Below, piece by piece: positions 1-7,250 of a stretch of 57,616 bases of DNA. Location of the stretch: positions 1 to 57,616 of the IMG/VR virus record IMGVR_UViG_3300027801_000025, one strand, 5' to 3'. How positions within the stretch are numbered: the stretch's first letter is position 1; every line of letters starts with the position of its first letter. Source of the DNA: a virus (lineage: Duplodnaviria; Caudoviricetes). The translations under genes and the position numbers were made by a program. The notes beneath the pieces are model-generated. The model had not been told where the DNA came from. It did not search any database and saw only the letters and a program-made list of their open reading frames with translations.

Positions 1-78
1 GACTAGTTTATATATTTTGTGTAGTACTTGTGGAGTTATTTTATTTATTAACTCGTTTATTTCTTTTTTATTTGACAT
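1..78 (-). CDS. Partial small hypothetical protein (MSNKKEINELINK...), runs off the window start
   Basis: Manual translation: ATG at 78 and an open frame to position 1; A-rich leader. Confidence 0.5.
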   Translation of the reverse strand, partial: MSNKKEINELINKITPQVLHKIYKLV

Positions 79-214
79 GGTTAGTTATTATAGTTATTAT
101 TTTATCGTGAGTGTCAGATAGTTCTTGTTCACTCATGTTACTTGTATCGTAATCTTGACACAGATCGTTATACATTCTGTCTCTTAATATTTGAGTTTTC
201 ATTTTTAAGTTCAT
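68..214 (-). CDS. Small hypothetical early protein, 48 aa (MNLKMKTQILRDRMYNDLCQ...)
   Basis: Manual translation; tightly packed with neighbours; below the ORF-track size cutoff. Confidence 0.55.
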   Translation of the reverse strand: MNLKMKTQILRDRMYNDLCQDYDTSNMSEQELSDTHDKIITIITNHVK

Positions 215-215
215 A

Positions 216-350
216 TTATAGTTTTGATATTATTTCTTCATGTAGTATATCTTGAATGAATTCATTATACTTGTCTCGACATATATCGTTAGAATATGGA
301 AACTCATATTTTAATTGATTGATTATAGTTTTATACATAGTTTTATACAT
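216..350 (-). CDS. Small hypothetical early protein, 44 aa (MYKTMYKTIINQLKYEFPY...)
   Basis: Manual translation; AATAATAACT-ATG start context; in-frame 12-bp tandem duplication at the start. Confidence 0.6.
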   Translation of the reverse strand: MYKTMYKTIINQLKYEFPYSNDICRDKYNEFIQDILHEEIISKL

Positions 351-554
351 AGTTATTATTATTTAGTTAGTTATTTTATAGATTATATTATTAAAGTTTA
401 ATAGTTTAATTATTTTATTAGTTTGGTATTGAGATAGAATAATTATTTTATTATTTAAAGATTTAATATTATAATGGTTATTAGTTAGAATATTAATAGT
501 TTTTTTGATTTGGAATTTGTTTGTAGTTAGTTTAATAATATATAGTTTTTATTG

Positions 555-597
555 GTTACAGTTATATTATCCAACTACTATCGTATTTAGTATGTAA
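555..597 (-). promoter_or_regulatory. Putative phage early promoter, copy 1 (TTACATAC-N2-AATACGATA-N5-TGGATAATATA-N2-TGTAAC)
   Basis: 36/43 identical to 1693-1735; both copies are intergenic and upstream of minus-strand small-ORF runs. Confidence 0.65.
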
Positions 598-711
598 TTA
601 AACATAACCACCTAACAATTCAAGTAATGTCTCAAGTGTAATTTCACCTGATTTATACATAATTATAAAATCTTGATTATCCGTATATTCCGAAACTTGT
701 TGGTGTACCAT
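598..711 (-). CDS. Small hypothetical protein, 37 aa (or 20 aa from ATG 660)
   Basis: Manual translation MVHQQVSEYTDNQDFIIMYKSGEITLETLLELLGGYV. Confidence 0.4.
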   Translation of the reverse strand: MVHQQVSEYTDNQDFIIMYKSGEITLETLLELLGGYV

Positions 712-826
712 TTTGTATCATATTTATTATTAGAGAAATAGAACCAAAGATTACTAATCCTACATTAGTATATACCCACACTCCTATTACTATATTCATT
801 ATTTTATTGTGATGAAACTTTCTCAT
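677..826 (-). CDS. Small membrane protein, 49 aa
   Basis: MRKFHHNKIMNIVIGVWVYTNVGLVIFGSISLIINM...; one long hydrophobic segment; AATAATAAT-ATG context. Confidence 0.6.
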   Translation of the reverse strand: MRKFHHNKIMNIVIGVWVYTNVGLVIFGSISLIINMIQNGTPTSFGIYG

Positions 827-853
827 ATTATTATTATTTAGTTTATTAGTTTA

Positions 854-997
854 TTAGTTTAGATTTTCCATAAAGTTTTCGTGTAGACTTTGAAGATATA
901 CTTTATCATTTACTTCTTCTTCATTTAATTCATGAAGTGATAAGAATTTATTCCATTTTTCATAATTCACAAAACATTCTTTGATTAATTCTTTCAT
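854..997 (-). CDS. Small acidic hypothetical protein, 47 aa (MKELIKECFVNYEKWNKF...)
   Basis: Manual translation; abuts the upstream ORF stop. Confidence 0.6.
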   Translation of the reverse strand: MKELIKECFVNYEKWNKFLSLHELNEEEVNDKVYLQSLHENFMENLN

Positions 998-998
998 A

Positions 999-1118
999 TT
1001 AGTTATATTCATTATAGATTGATAGAACTTGTGATTGTTCTTGTTTAGTTAAGTTAAAGACATTCTTGTCTGGAAATAATCTCTTTGAGATCATTATCAA
1101 TTGAGTTTGATTGTACAT
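999..1118 (-). CDS. Small hypothetical protein, 39 aa (MYNQTQLIMISKRLFPDK...)
   Basis: Manual translation; AATAATACT-ATG context. Confidence 0.6.
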   Translation of the reverse strand: MYNQTQLIMISKRLFPDKNVFNLTKQEQSQVLSIYNEYN

Positions 1119-1122
1119 AGTA

Positions 1123-1257
1123 TTATTGATTAGTTGATTTATAAAATTCTATTCTATCTAAGACATCTTGTCTAGTTAGTTTATCTTCCATTTGAAGATT
1201 TATGTAAGAAGTCATATCGATTTCTTTACCGTTATTACATTTTAAAGTGTATATCAT
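1123..1257 (-). CDS. Small hypothetical protein, 44 aa (MIYTLKCNNGKEIDMTSY...)
   Basis: Manual translation; AATAATAAT-ATG context. Confidence 0.6.
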   Translation of the reverse strand: MIYTLKCNNGKEIDMTSYINLQMEDKLTRQDVLDRIEFYKSTNQ

Positions 1258-1280
1258 ATTATTATTATTAAAGTTATTAT

Positions 1281-1323
1281 TAGTTGTAGTGTGAGAATCG
1301 AACTCACATAAACCATTACTACA
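1281..1323 (-). ncRNA. tRNA-like mini-element: acceptor-like stem plus T-arm, no anticodon arm
   Basis: Minus strand reads TGTAGT-AATGGTTTAT-GTGAG-TTCGATT-CTCAC-ACTACA-ACTA: 6-bp stem, D-loop-like AATGGT linker, 5-bp T-stem with canonical TTCGATT loop. Confidence 0.5.
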
Positions 1324-1427
1324 TAGATCTCACCAGTTTGTGTACTATTCTGGTTCGGTGAGTCACCATTACTTGTTAACATTTTTATACTTATAGAGAC
1401 AAGTGGAACATAAAGTTGATTGATAGT

Positions 1428-1658
1428 TTACTGTACTTCGACTATCTCTCTTACGATTACTGGAACACTAGTTGAAGAAGTGTAAGATTTGTACTTAAGA
1501 AAACAGTTCATGTTACTTAGTTTATCTTTCATTACTTCATATACTTTATCATGATTGTAAGTGACTGACTTACCTGATTTGAAGTTTACTGTAATGTTTT
1601 GGTTCTTACCGATTAGTGATTGTCTGATGACGAATCTTTTTGAAATTAAATTACTCAT
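1428..1658 (-). CDS. Hypothetical early protein, 76 aa
   Basis: ORF track; first gene after promoter copy 2; AATAATAACT-ATG context. Confidence 0.75.
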   Translation of the reverse strand: MSNLISKRFVIRQSLIGKNQNITVNFKSGKSVTYNHDKVYEVMKDKLSNMNCFLKYKSYTSSTSVPVIVREIVEVQ

Positions 1659-1692
1659 AGTTATTATTATTTATTATTATTATTATTTATTT

Positions 1693-1735
1693 GTTACATA
1701 TATATTATCCATTTAGTATCGTATTACGTATGTAA
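1693..1735 (-). promoter_or_regulatory. Putative phage early promoter, copy 2
   Basis: Same four conserved blocks and spacing as 555-597; about 35 nt upstream of the ATG at 1658. Confidence 0.65.
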
Positions 1736-1753
1736 AAGTATATGAATTGTTTA

Positions 1754-1902
1754 GTGAATGAATATGTCATGATGTCATACTACTCTATGTCATGTTGTCA
1801 TACTTCATTATTATATTGTCATGTGTCAGTGTGTCATGTCAATGTGTCATACATATGTGAGTGAATATGTGAATCATTTATACAAAGTGAATACGAGTGA
1901 GC
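1754..1902. repeat. Short-repeat cluster: 9x TGTCA (1765-1849) plus several GTGAAT/GTGAG
   Basis: Direct count; non-coding region at the strand-divergence point. Confidence 0.7.
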
Positions 1903-2135
1903 AAGTTAGTCATCGCATGGTAGATCGAGGTCGAGGGCCTGGACGGGGGAAAACAGGTGGGGCCCGGTAAATTAAAACGCGTTTCGTAATCGGCTGAAAA
2001 CCAGGGAGATAGGGGGTAGCGCTATGGCTCTAAATTTGTTACAATTTTTTTTGTGACACTAGCCCTTAATAGTATATAAGTAACTACCTATTGTCACACT
2101 TTAAAACTTCTTAAAACTATGTGATTATAGCTACT

Positions 2136-2360
2136 ATGGGAGCAAATTCACAAGGACTATCACCTGAAGCGTTAAAAGCTAAGAGAGAAAGAGATTTAGC
2201 AATGGCCAAGACGTCAAGAAGAACAGCCATGCGCTCTGAAAACCAATCAATAGGCCAGAACAGTAAAAGAGATATACACCATCCAAACGGTGTAGCAGGA
2301 CATACCATATTTCAGTCAATATCTGAGAATAGAGACACTAGTAACGAAAGAAACGCTTAA
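2136..2360 (+). CDS. Small basic protein with a degenerate HNH-like motif
   Basis: RDIHH...SENR pattern; likely ATG start at 2136 rather than GTG at 2121. Confidence 0.45.
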   Translation: MGANSQGLSPEALKAKRERDLAMAKTSRRTAMRSENQSIGQNSKRDIHHPNGVAGHTIFQSISENRDTSNERNA

Positions 2361-2404
2361 TACAGCGTACCCGGCAATATTGCCACAACCTAAATACCTT
2401 AATA

Positions 2405-2698
2405 ATGACGTATTTTTATTACAAGACTAACACGTGGAATAGTCAACCACAAGTAACCGAAGACCAAATAGAACTTTGGAAACACCTCGCAGCCAAAAAG
2501 AACTGGAGGATTGTACAACTACCAAATGGTTATTACCAGACGGAACATTTAGACATGCAGAAAGAAGATGTATGGTTAGATGTAACCAGACGAGAAACCC
2601 TAGAGTCTGCAGAAGCAGCTATTGATGGAAGCATTGATCATTATGCTAAAAAGATAGAATTCTTAAAAGGACCTAAAGTAGTAAAGACATTTAAATAA
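2405..2698 (+). CDS. Hypothetical phage protein, 97 aa
   Basis: ORF track; A-rich start context. Confidence 0.75.
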   Translation: MTYFYYKTNTWNSQPQVTEDQIELWKHLAAKKNWRIVQLPNGYYQTEHLDMQKEDVWLDVTRRETLESAEAAIDGSIDHYAKKIEFLKGPKVVKTFK

Positions 2699-2724
2699 TA
2701 ACTAATTTAATCTAATCTAATTTA

Positions 2725-4290
2725 ATGGAATACAATAACCCTAGCGAGCTAGTGAAGGATTTATCCTTTGGTAGTGATGCTAAAAGTAAAATAATGGCTG
2801 GTGTTGATAAGCTGTCACAAGCAGTTAAGTCAACACTAGGAGCTTCTGGTAAATGCGTAATTTACGAGGATGCTAGAGGTAAACCGGTGATCACAAAAGA
2901 TGGTGTAACCGTTGCGGACAGCGTAGTCTTAATTGACCCGGTTGAGAATATTGGAGCCACCTTAATAAAGGAAGCTGCCAAAAACACAGTGAGAGAAGCA
3001 GGTGACGGTACTACTACAGCTACCGTCCTTGCTCAATCACTTTTAATAGAAGCATCGAAAGCTGAGGAATCAGTGAGAGACATCAAATTAGGCATCTCTT
3101 CGTACGCTAAAAAGATTAACAAGTATTTAGATGATATTGCTATAGAAGTTGAAGGAGACATGTTAGATAACGTAGCTTCAATATCATGTAACAACGATAA
3201 AGATTTAGGCACACTAATTTCTAGCGCTTATACTAAAGTGGGGAAATCAGGTGTGGTATTGATGGAAGAGTCTGAGACTGAACAAACGTACGTTGAAATC
3301 GTAGATGGAGTACAATTGGAATCAGGGTTAAAATCGCCACACCTTATTACTGATAAAGAAAAACAAAAGTGTGAATTAGAAAAACCATTAGTTCTTATAG
3401 TGTCCTCACCGATACCAAATATAAGAAAAATACAACCTATACTAGAGTTTGTTATAAAAAACAAGAGAGCTCTACTTATAGTTGCTGATGTAGAAGCACA
3501 AGTGTCTGCTACATTACTGATGAATAAGGTAAAAGGTAATATAAAAGTAAATTACATCGATCCTCCTGGTTTTGGTCCAACAAAAGCTGATACTATAGAA
3601 GATTTAGCTTTACTAACAGGAGCTCAAGTTATAAACGAAGAGCTAGGAGATGATTTAGATCTTATACAGCCTGATGTTTTGGGTGAAGCTGCTAAAGCGG
3701 TGACTGAAGATAAGGTTACAGTACTTACTATTGAAGATATGAATGATAAAATATCAGAAAGAGTTAAGGATGTAAAGAAAAGAATCAAAGAAGAGACTAA
3801 CCAATATATAAAACGTAGACTAGAACAAAGATTAGCTATGTTAAACGGCTCTGTAGCTGTTGTTAAAGTTGGTGCTGACTCTAAGATTGAGTTAAAGGAA
3901 AAGAAAGACAGAATAGAAGACTCTATATATGCTGTTAAAGCTGCTTTAAAAGAAGGAATTGTTCCAGGTGGAGGAATTGCTTTAGTAGATGCGGCAAGAA
4001 ATGTTAAACCAAAAGGCAAAGGTGAAGAAATATTAGCAAAAGCTATACTTTCACCGTTTTACACTATACTAGATAATGGCGGTATGCAAGGTGTATCACA
4101 CGAAGACCTTGAGGATGGCATCGGAATTGACGTAACGTGTGGTTGTAAAAGAAATATGATAGAAACTGGTATAATAGATCCGGTTTTGGTTACAAAATCG
4201 GCGCTAAAGAACGCTATTTCTGTAGTTTCAACCATTATTTCAGCTGATTGTGTAATAAGTAACGTAAGAATAAGCAATGCAAGCAGTTAA
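2725..4290 (+). CDS. groEL: Phage-encoded chaperonin GroEL (Cpn60)
   Basis: ITKDGVTVA, AGDGTTTATVLA, GIVPGGG and GIIDP motifs; no GGM tail. Confidence 0.97.
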   Translation: MEYNNPSELVKDLSFGSDAKSKIMAGVDKLSQAVKSTLGASGKCVIYEDARGKPVITKDGVTVADSVVLIDPVENIGATLIKEAAKNTVREAGDGTTTATVLAQSLLIEASKAEESVRDIKLGISSYAKKINKYLDDIAIEVEGDMLDNVASISCNNDKDLGTLISSAYTKVGKSGVVLMEESETEQTYVEIVDGVQLESGLKSPHLITDKEKQKCELEKPLVLIVSSPIPNIRKIQPILEFVIKNKRALLIVADVEAQVSATLLMNKVKGNIKVNYIDPPGFGPTKADTIEDLALLTGAQVINEELGDDLDLIQPDVLGEAAKAVTEDKVTVLTIEDMNDKISERVKDVKKRIKEETNQYIKRRLEQRLAMLNGSVAVVKVGADSKIELKEKKDRIEDSIYAVKAALKEGIVPGGGIALVDAARNVKPKGKGEEILAKAILSPFYTILDNGGMQGVSHEDLEDGIGIDVTCGCKRNMIETGIIDPVLVTKSALKNAISVVSTIISADCVISNVRISNASS

Positions 4291-4534
4291 TTACTACATA
4301 GTAGTCGAAAAGCACAAAGTAGAGCCGAAGAAAGTAGGTGGACTTTTGATAACAGATAATGTAGATGACCAAAACAGGTATATTAAGGCCAATATAGTTT
4401 CTACTGGTAATTTAGTAGAAGGTTTAAAAGAAAATGACATAGTTTTCTTTGATAGACATGCTGGTCATGGTATTCGTTGGAAAGAAAAGCTGTATCATGT
4501 GATACAAATGCAAGATGTTGTATTAGTAGAATGA
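4277..4534 (+). CDS. groES: Co-chaperonin GroES (Cpn10)
   Basis: 85 aa; KKVGGLLI mobile loop, VSTG and DVVLV; overlaps the groEL stop. Confidence 0.85.
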   Translation: MQAVNYYIVVEKHKVEPKKVGGLLITDNVDDQNRYIKANIVSTGNLVEGLKENDIVFFDRHAGHGIRWKEKLYHVIQMQDVVLVE

Positions 4535-4971
4535 AGCTATCACCAACAGATCTAAAAAACATAAATTTATTCAAGTATTACAGGCTCGTTAGAAAATGGG
4601 CCTGTAAAACTTATAGCCTTAAAGATGCAGATTTAGAATTACTTATATATTTAGATTGCAAATCGCGATTTACACGTAATGATTTTATAGAAGGTGTGTA
4701 CACCTATTCATGGGATAAAAACCGATGGGAAAGGTTAAGAAAACAAGGTTGGATAGAAGCTTGGCGTCATAGAAATAGGACTACAATTAAATATACTATA
4801 TATAAGACTTCGTTCAAGTGCAGTCAACTGATAACTAGGATATATAGAATATTACTAGCTGAAGAAGATTTGCCTACATCTGAAAGAAGTAAGTTTTTTA
4901 AAAATAAGTCATATACTGATAAGGTTTATAATAAATCTATAGATGATATGATAAAAGATAAAGATAGATAG
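4531..4971 (+). CDS. Hypothetical protein, possible winged-helix DNA-binding protein
   Basis: Likely ATG at 4531 (ATGA overlap with groES); LKDADLELLIYL...RLRKQGWI resembles a MarR-type wHTH pattern. Confidence 0.5.
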   Translation: MKLSPTDLKNINLFKYYRLVRKWACKTYSLKDADLELLIYLDCKSRFTRNDFIEGVYTYSWDKNRWERLRKQGWIEAWRHRNRTTIKYTIYKTSFKCSQLITRIYRILLAEEDLPTSERSKFFKNKSYTDKVYNKSIDDMIKDKDR

Positions 4972-4973
4972 TT

Positions 4974-5156
4974 ATGAGAACAAAAGGATTAGGACCTCAA
5001 GGATTAGGTATGGCAAATAACACTGATGGCTGTGGTTGCATGGAAAATTGCAGCTGTGGATCACCAAATAAAATTATTGGTGTTGTAGCTCCAATTATAG
5101 CTAAAGCAGTTGCTAGCAAAGTAGCTGGTAAGGCTGTAGATAAAGCAATGGGTTAA
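4974..5156 (+). CDS. Small protein with Cys cluster, SPNK motif and amphipathic C-terminal helix
   Basis: ORF track, 60 aa. Confidence 0.65.
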   Translation: MRTKGLGPQGLGMANNTDGCGCMENCSCGSPNKIIGVVAPIIAKAVASKVAGKAVDKAMG

Positions 5157-5527
5157 TGGGATTTAAACTACCTAAGAATAAAAGCGTGCTATTTGGTATA
5201 GATGAAGAAATGTCTACACATAGTAGACCCGTTATATATAAAGAATTAGAAGGTGGTATAAAAGCCGAAGCTAATAGAGATGGTACTATATTTTTAGATC
5301 CATCTGTTCCTGATGAAAAGAAAGAAGAAATTATAGCGCACGAAGACGAGCATTTATTCCAAATGGGATCAGGAAGACTAGGTTATAATAAAAACGAAGT
5401 AACTTGGAAACCAACAACAAGATCTCATATGCAAACATTTAGTAGAGAAACTATGTCAGAAGGCCTAGAATCTCTTGCTTGGGAAAAAGAAGCATATGAC
5501 ATTAGTAATAAAATAAAAAACACATGA
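5156..5527 (+). CDS. Small zincin-like metallopeptidase
   Basis: IIAHEDEH (HExxH) plus downstream WEKEAY glutamate helix. Confidence 0.65.
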   Translation: MGFKLPKNKSVLFGIDEEMSTHSRPVIYKELEGGIKAEANRDGTIFLDPSVPDEKKEEIIAHEDEHLFQMGSGRLGYNKNEVTWKPTTRSHMQTFSRETMSEGLESLAWEKEAYDISNKIKNT

Positions 5528-5838
5528 GTAGAGTAAAATCAATAATCGAAAAACAAAGAGCTTCTAATAGTGGAGCACCTTTTAAGTACTACGTAGACGA
5601 GAGAGCTGGTGATACATCTCAAATGATGTCACAAGGAATTGAAGGAGCTGTAGCTGACGGAATACAAGCAGCTGAAGATCAAGGAGTAGCTAAAGGACCC
5701 GCTGATAAAAAGTGTCCACCAGGATACACTAAAGATCCAGTAAGTAAAATTTGTAAAAAATCTTCAGATACTGATCCAACAACTAGTAATGATTTAAGTA
5801 TTAACGAAGAAGATCTTTCGGGTAACGAAGAAGAATAA
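5524..5838 (+). CDS. Hypothetical low-complexity protein (APFK motif)
   Basis: ORF track, 104 aa. Confidence 0.65.
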   Translation: MSRVKSIIEKQRASNSGAPFKYYVDERAGDTSQMMSQGIEGAVADGIQAAEDQGVAKGPADKKCPPGYTKDPVSKICKKSSDTDPTTSNDLSINEEDLSGNEEE

Positions 5839-5853
5839 AAAATATAAAAAATT

Positions 5854-6918
5854 ATGAGAACACCGTTTAAATTAAGAAGCGCATCGCCATTCAAAGCAGA
5901 CGACAACACTGAAAGAATGGTCCACAGCGAAGGTGGTAAAAACCTTCTAAAAGATGTAAACGTTAAGAAAGGTAAAAAATCTATCTACACTTACAAGAAA
6001 ATGCATGCAGACTTACTTGCAAAAGGTATGTCCCAAGGAGATGCTAATAAAGAAGTACAAAAAGCTAGAGGGTTTAACCAAGAAGAGTATGGAACTCAAA
6101 ATCCTACTAAAGAAGGTAAGACTGAGAACTATAAAGAAGAAAAAGGCTCTATGACAATGAATGACGTTGCTTCTCCTGGAACAGAAGCTACAGAAGGTCA
6201 AGATGGAGCTATGATGGATTCTTTTAGCCCGTCAGAAACTAGATCGCTTATAAGAGAGCGTAAGATCAACAAGAACAGAAAAGATAAATACGAGAACAAG
6301 AATAGAAGACAAACTGGTAGATATGATAAAGCTTTAGAGAAAAGTGGTTTATCAAAAGAAGAGTTTGATCTTACTAAGAAAGGTAAAAGAATGAGCATGA
6401 GAACAGCTCAGTCTCAAGAGAACATTGATGACTACACAACTGGTTATAAAAGATCTCAAATGGCTAATCAGCAAGGTGTTAATCATAGGGACGGAACTCA
6501 AGTTCAAAACGATCCAGATAATGTAGGTCTTCAAAAAAGAACTGCATCTACAGAAGCAACACCAGGAAGTGCTACAACTGAAGCTACTGCTGCTGATCTT
6601 GAAAACCTTCAAAACACTGCTAATATTGACTTAGGTCAAGATACTAGCGATTCAAGTTATACTGAAAGTTTATCAGGTGGCAGTAATAAGCCAATTGGAG
6701 GTGCTGGACCTGCTGATAATGGACCTGCTGAAACTACAGAGACTACGGTTACTGGTAATAGTGGTTTGTTAGACACAGCTAAAAAACTAGGACAAAGAAT
6801 ATATGATGCCGATGGAGATGGTGATACTATATTTAATGATTCAAACAAAGATGGTAATATGCTATCTAGATTTATGGCTAAAATTAATCCAGATTCAGAC
6901 AAAAAAAAACTGAAGTAG
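5854..6918 (+). CDS. Hydrophilic low-complexity protein (TPFK/SPFK N-terminus); possibly fused to the next ORF by frameshift
   Basis: ORF track; A9 run at 6901-6909 just before the stop. Confidence 0.7.
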   Translation: MRTPFKLRSASPFKADDNTERMVHSEGGKNLLKDVNVKKGKKSIYTYKKMHADLLAKGMSQGDANKEVQKARGFNQEEYGTQNPTKEGKTENYKEEKGSMTMNDVASPGTEATEGQDGAMMDSFSPSETRSLIRERKINKNRKDKYENKNRRQTGRYDKALEKSGLSKEEFDLTKKGKRMSMRTAQSQENIDDYTTGYKRSQMANQQGVNHRDGTQVQNDPDNVGLQKRTASTEATPGSATTEATAADLENLQNTANIDLGQDTSDSSYTESLSGGSNKPIGGAGPADNGPAETTETTVTGNSGLLDTAKKLGQRIYDADGDGDTIFNDSNKDGNMLSRFMAKINPDSDKKKLK

Positions 6919-6935
6919 ATCCTAAAGCTGAAGCG

Positions 6936-7226
6936 ATGAAGCAAAGGCTAACAGACTTAGGTATGGATCCGAACTTGAAGGTTTCTGGTTCTACACTTGA
7001 CGAAAACCATGCTTGGATAAAAGACCTCCCAAATTACAAAGATAATAACCGGAAAGGTGCACACGTGTTTTCTGGTTTGGAAGCTTTAACAGACAAGGGG
7101 ATTGATTGGTTAATGGACAATGTATCACTTGGAGATGGTAAAGGAGCTAGAACACCTGGCTTATATAAATCAAAAGAAACTAGACAAAAAAGCGCTACTC
7201 CCTTTAAACTAAATAGAAATAAATAA
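6936..7226 (+). CDS. Hypothetical protein, probable -1 frame continuation of the 5854 ORF
   Basis: Frame open from the A9 run to ATG 6936; weak start context; ends TPFKLNRNK. Confidence 0.55.
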   Translation: MKQRLTDLGMDPNLKVSGSTLDENHAWIKDLPNYKDNNRKGAHVFSGLEALTDKGIDWLMDNVSLGDGKGARTPGLYKSKETRQKSATPFKLNRNK

Positions 7227-7250
7227 ATAAAACAATACAAATACAAAATC

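Noticed and set aside
1281-1323. Functional full-length tRNA gene
   Set aside because: No D-stem or anticodon arm; kept only as a tRNA-like element.
555-1902. CRISPR array
   Set aside because: Only two long repeats 1.1 kb apart plus irregular 5-6-mers; no repeat-spacer periodicity and no cas genes.
2372-2383. Palindrome ggcaatattgcc between two ORFs
   Set aside because: Single 12-bp palindrome with no T-tract or second copy; insufficient support for a function.
2725-4534. Bacterial chromosomal groESL operon (host contamination or prophage flank)
   Set aside because: Order is groEL then groES, the sequence is divergent with no GGM tail, and it is embedded among phage genes; no integrase or host genes are in the window.
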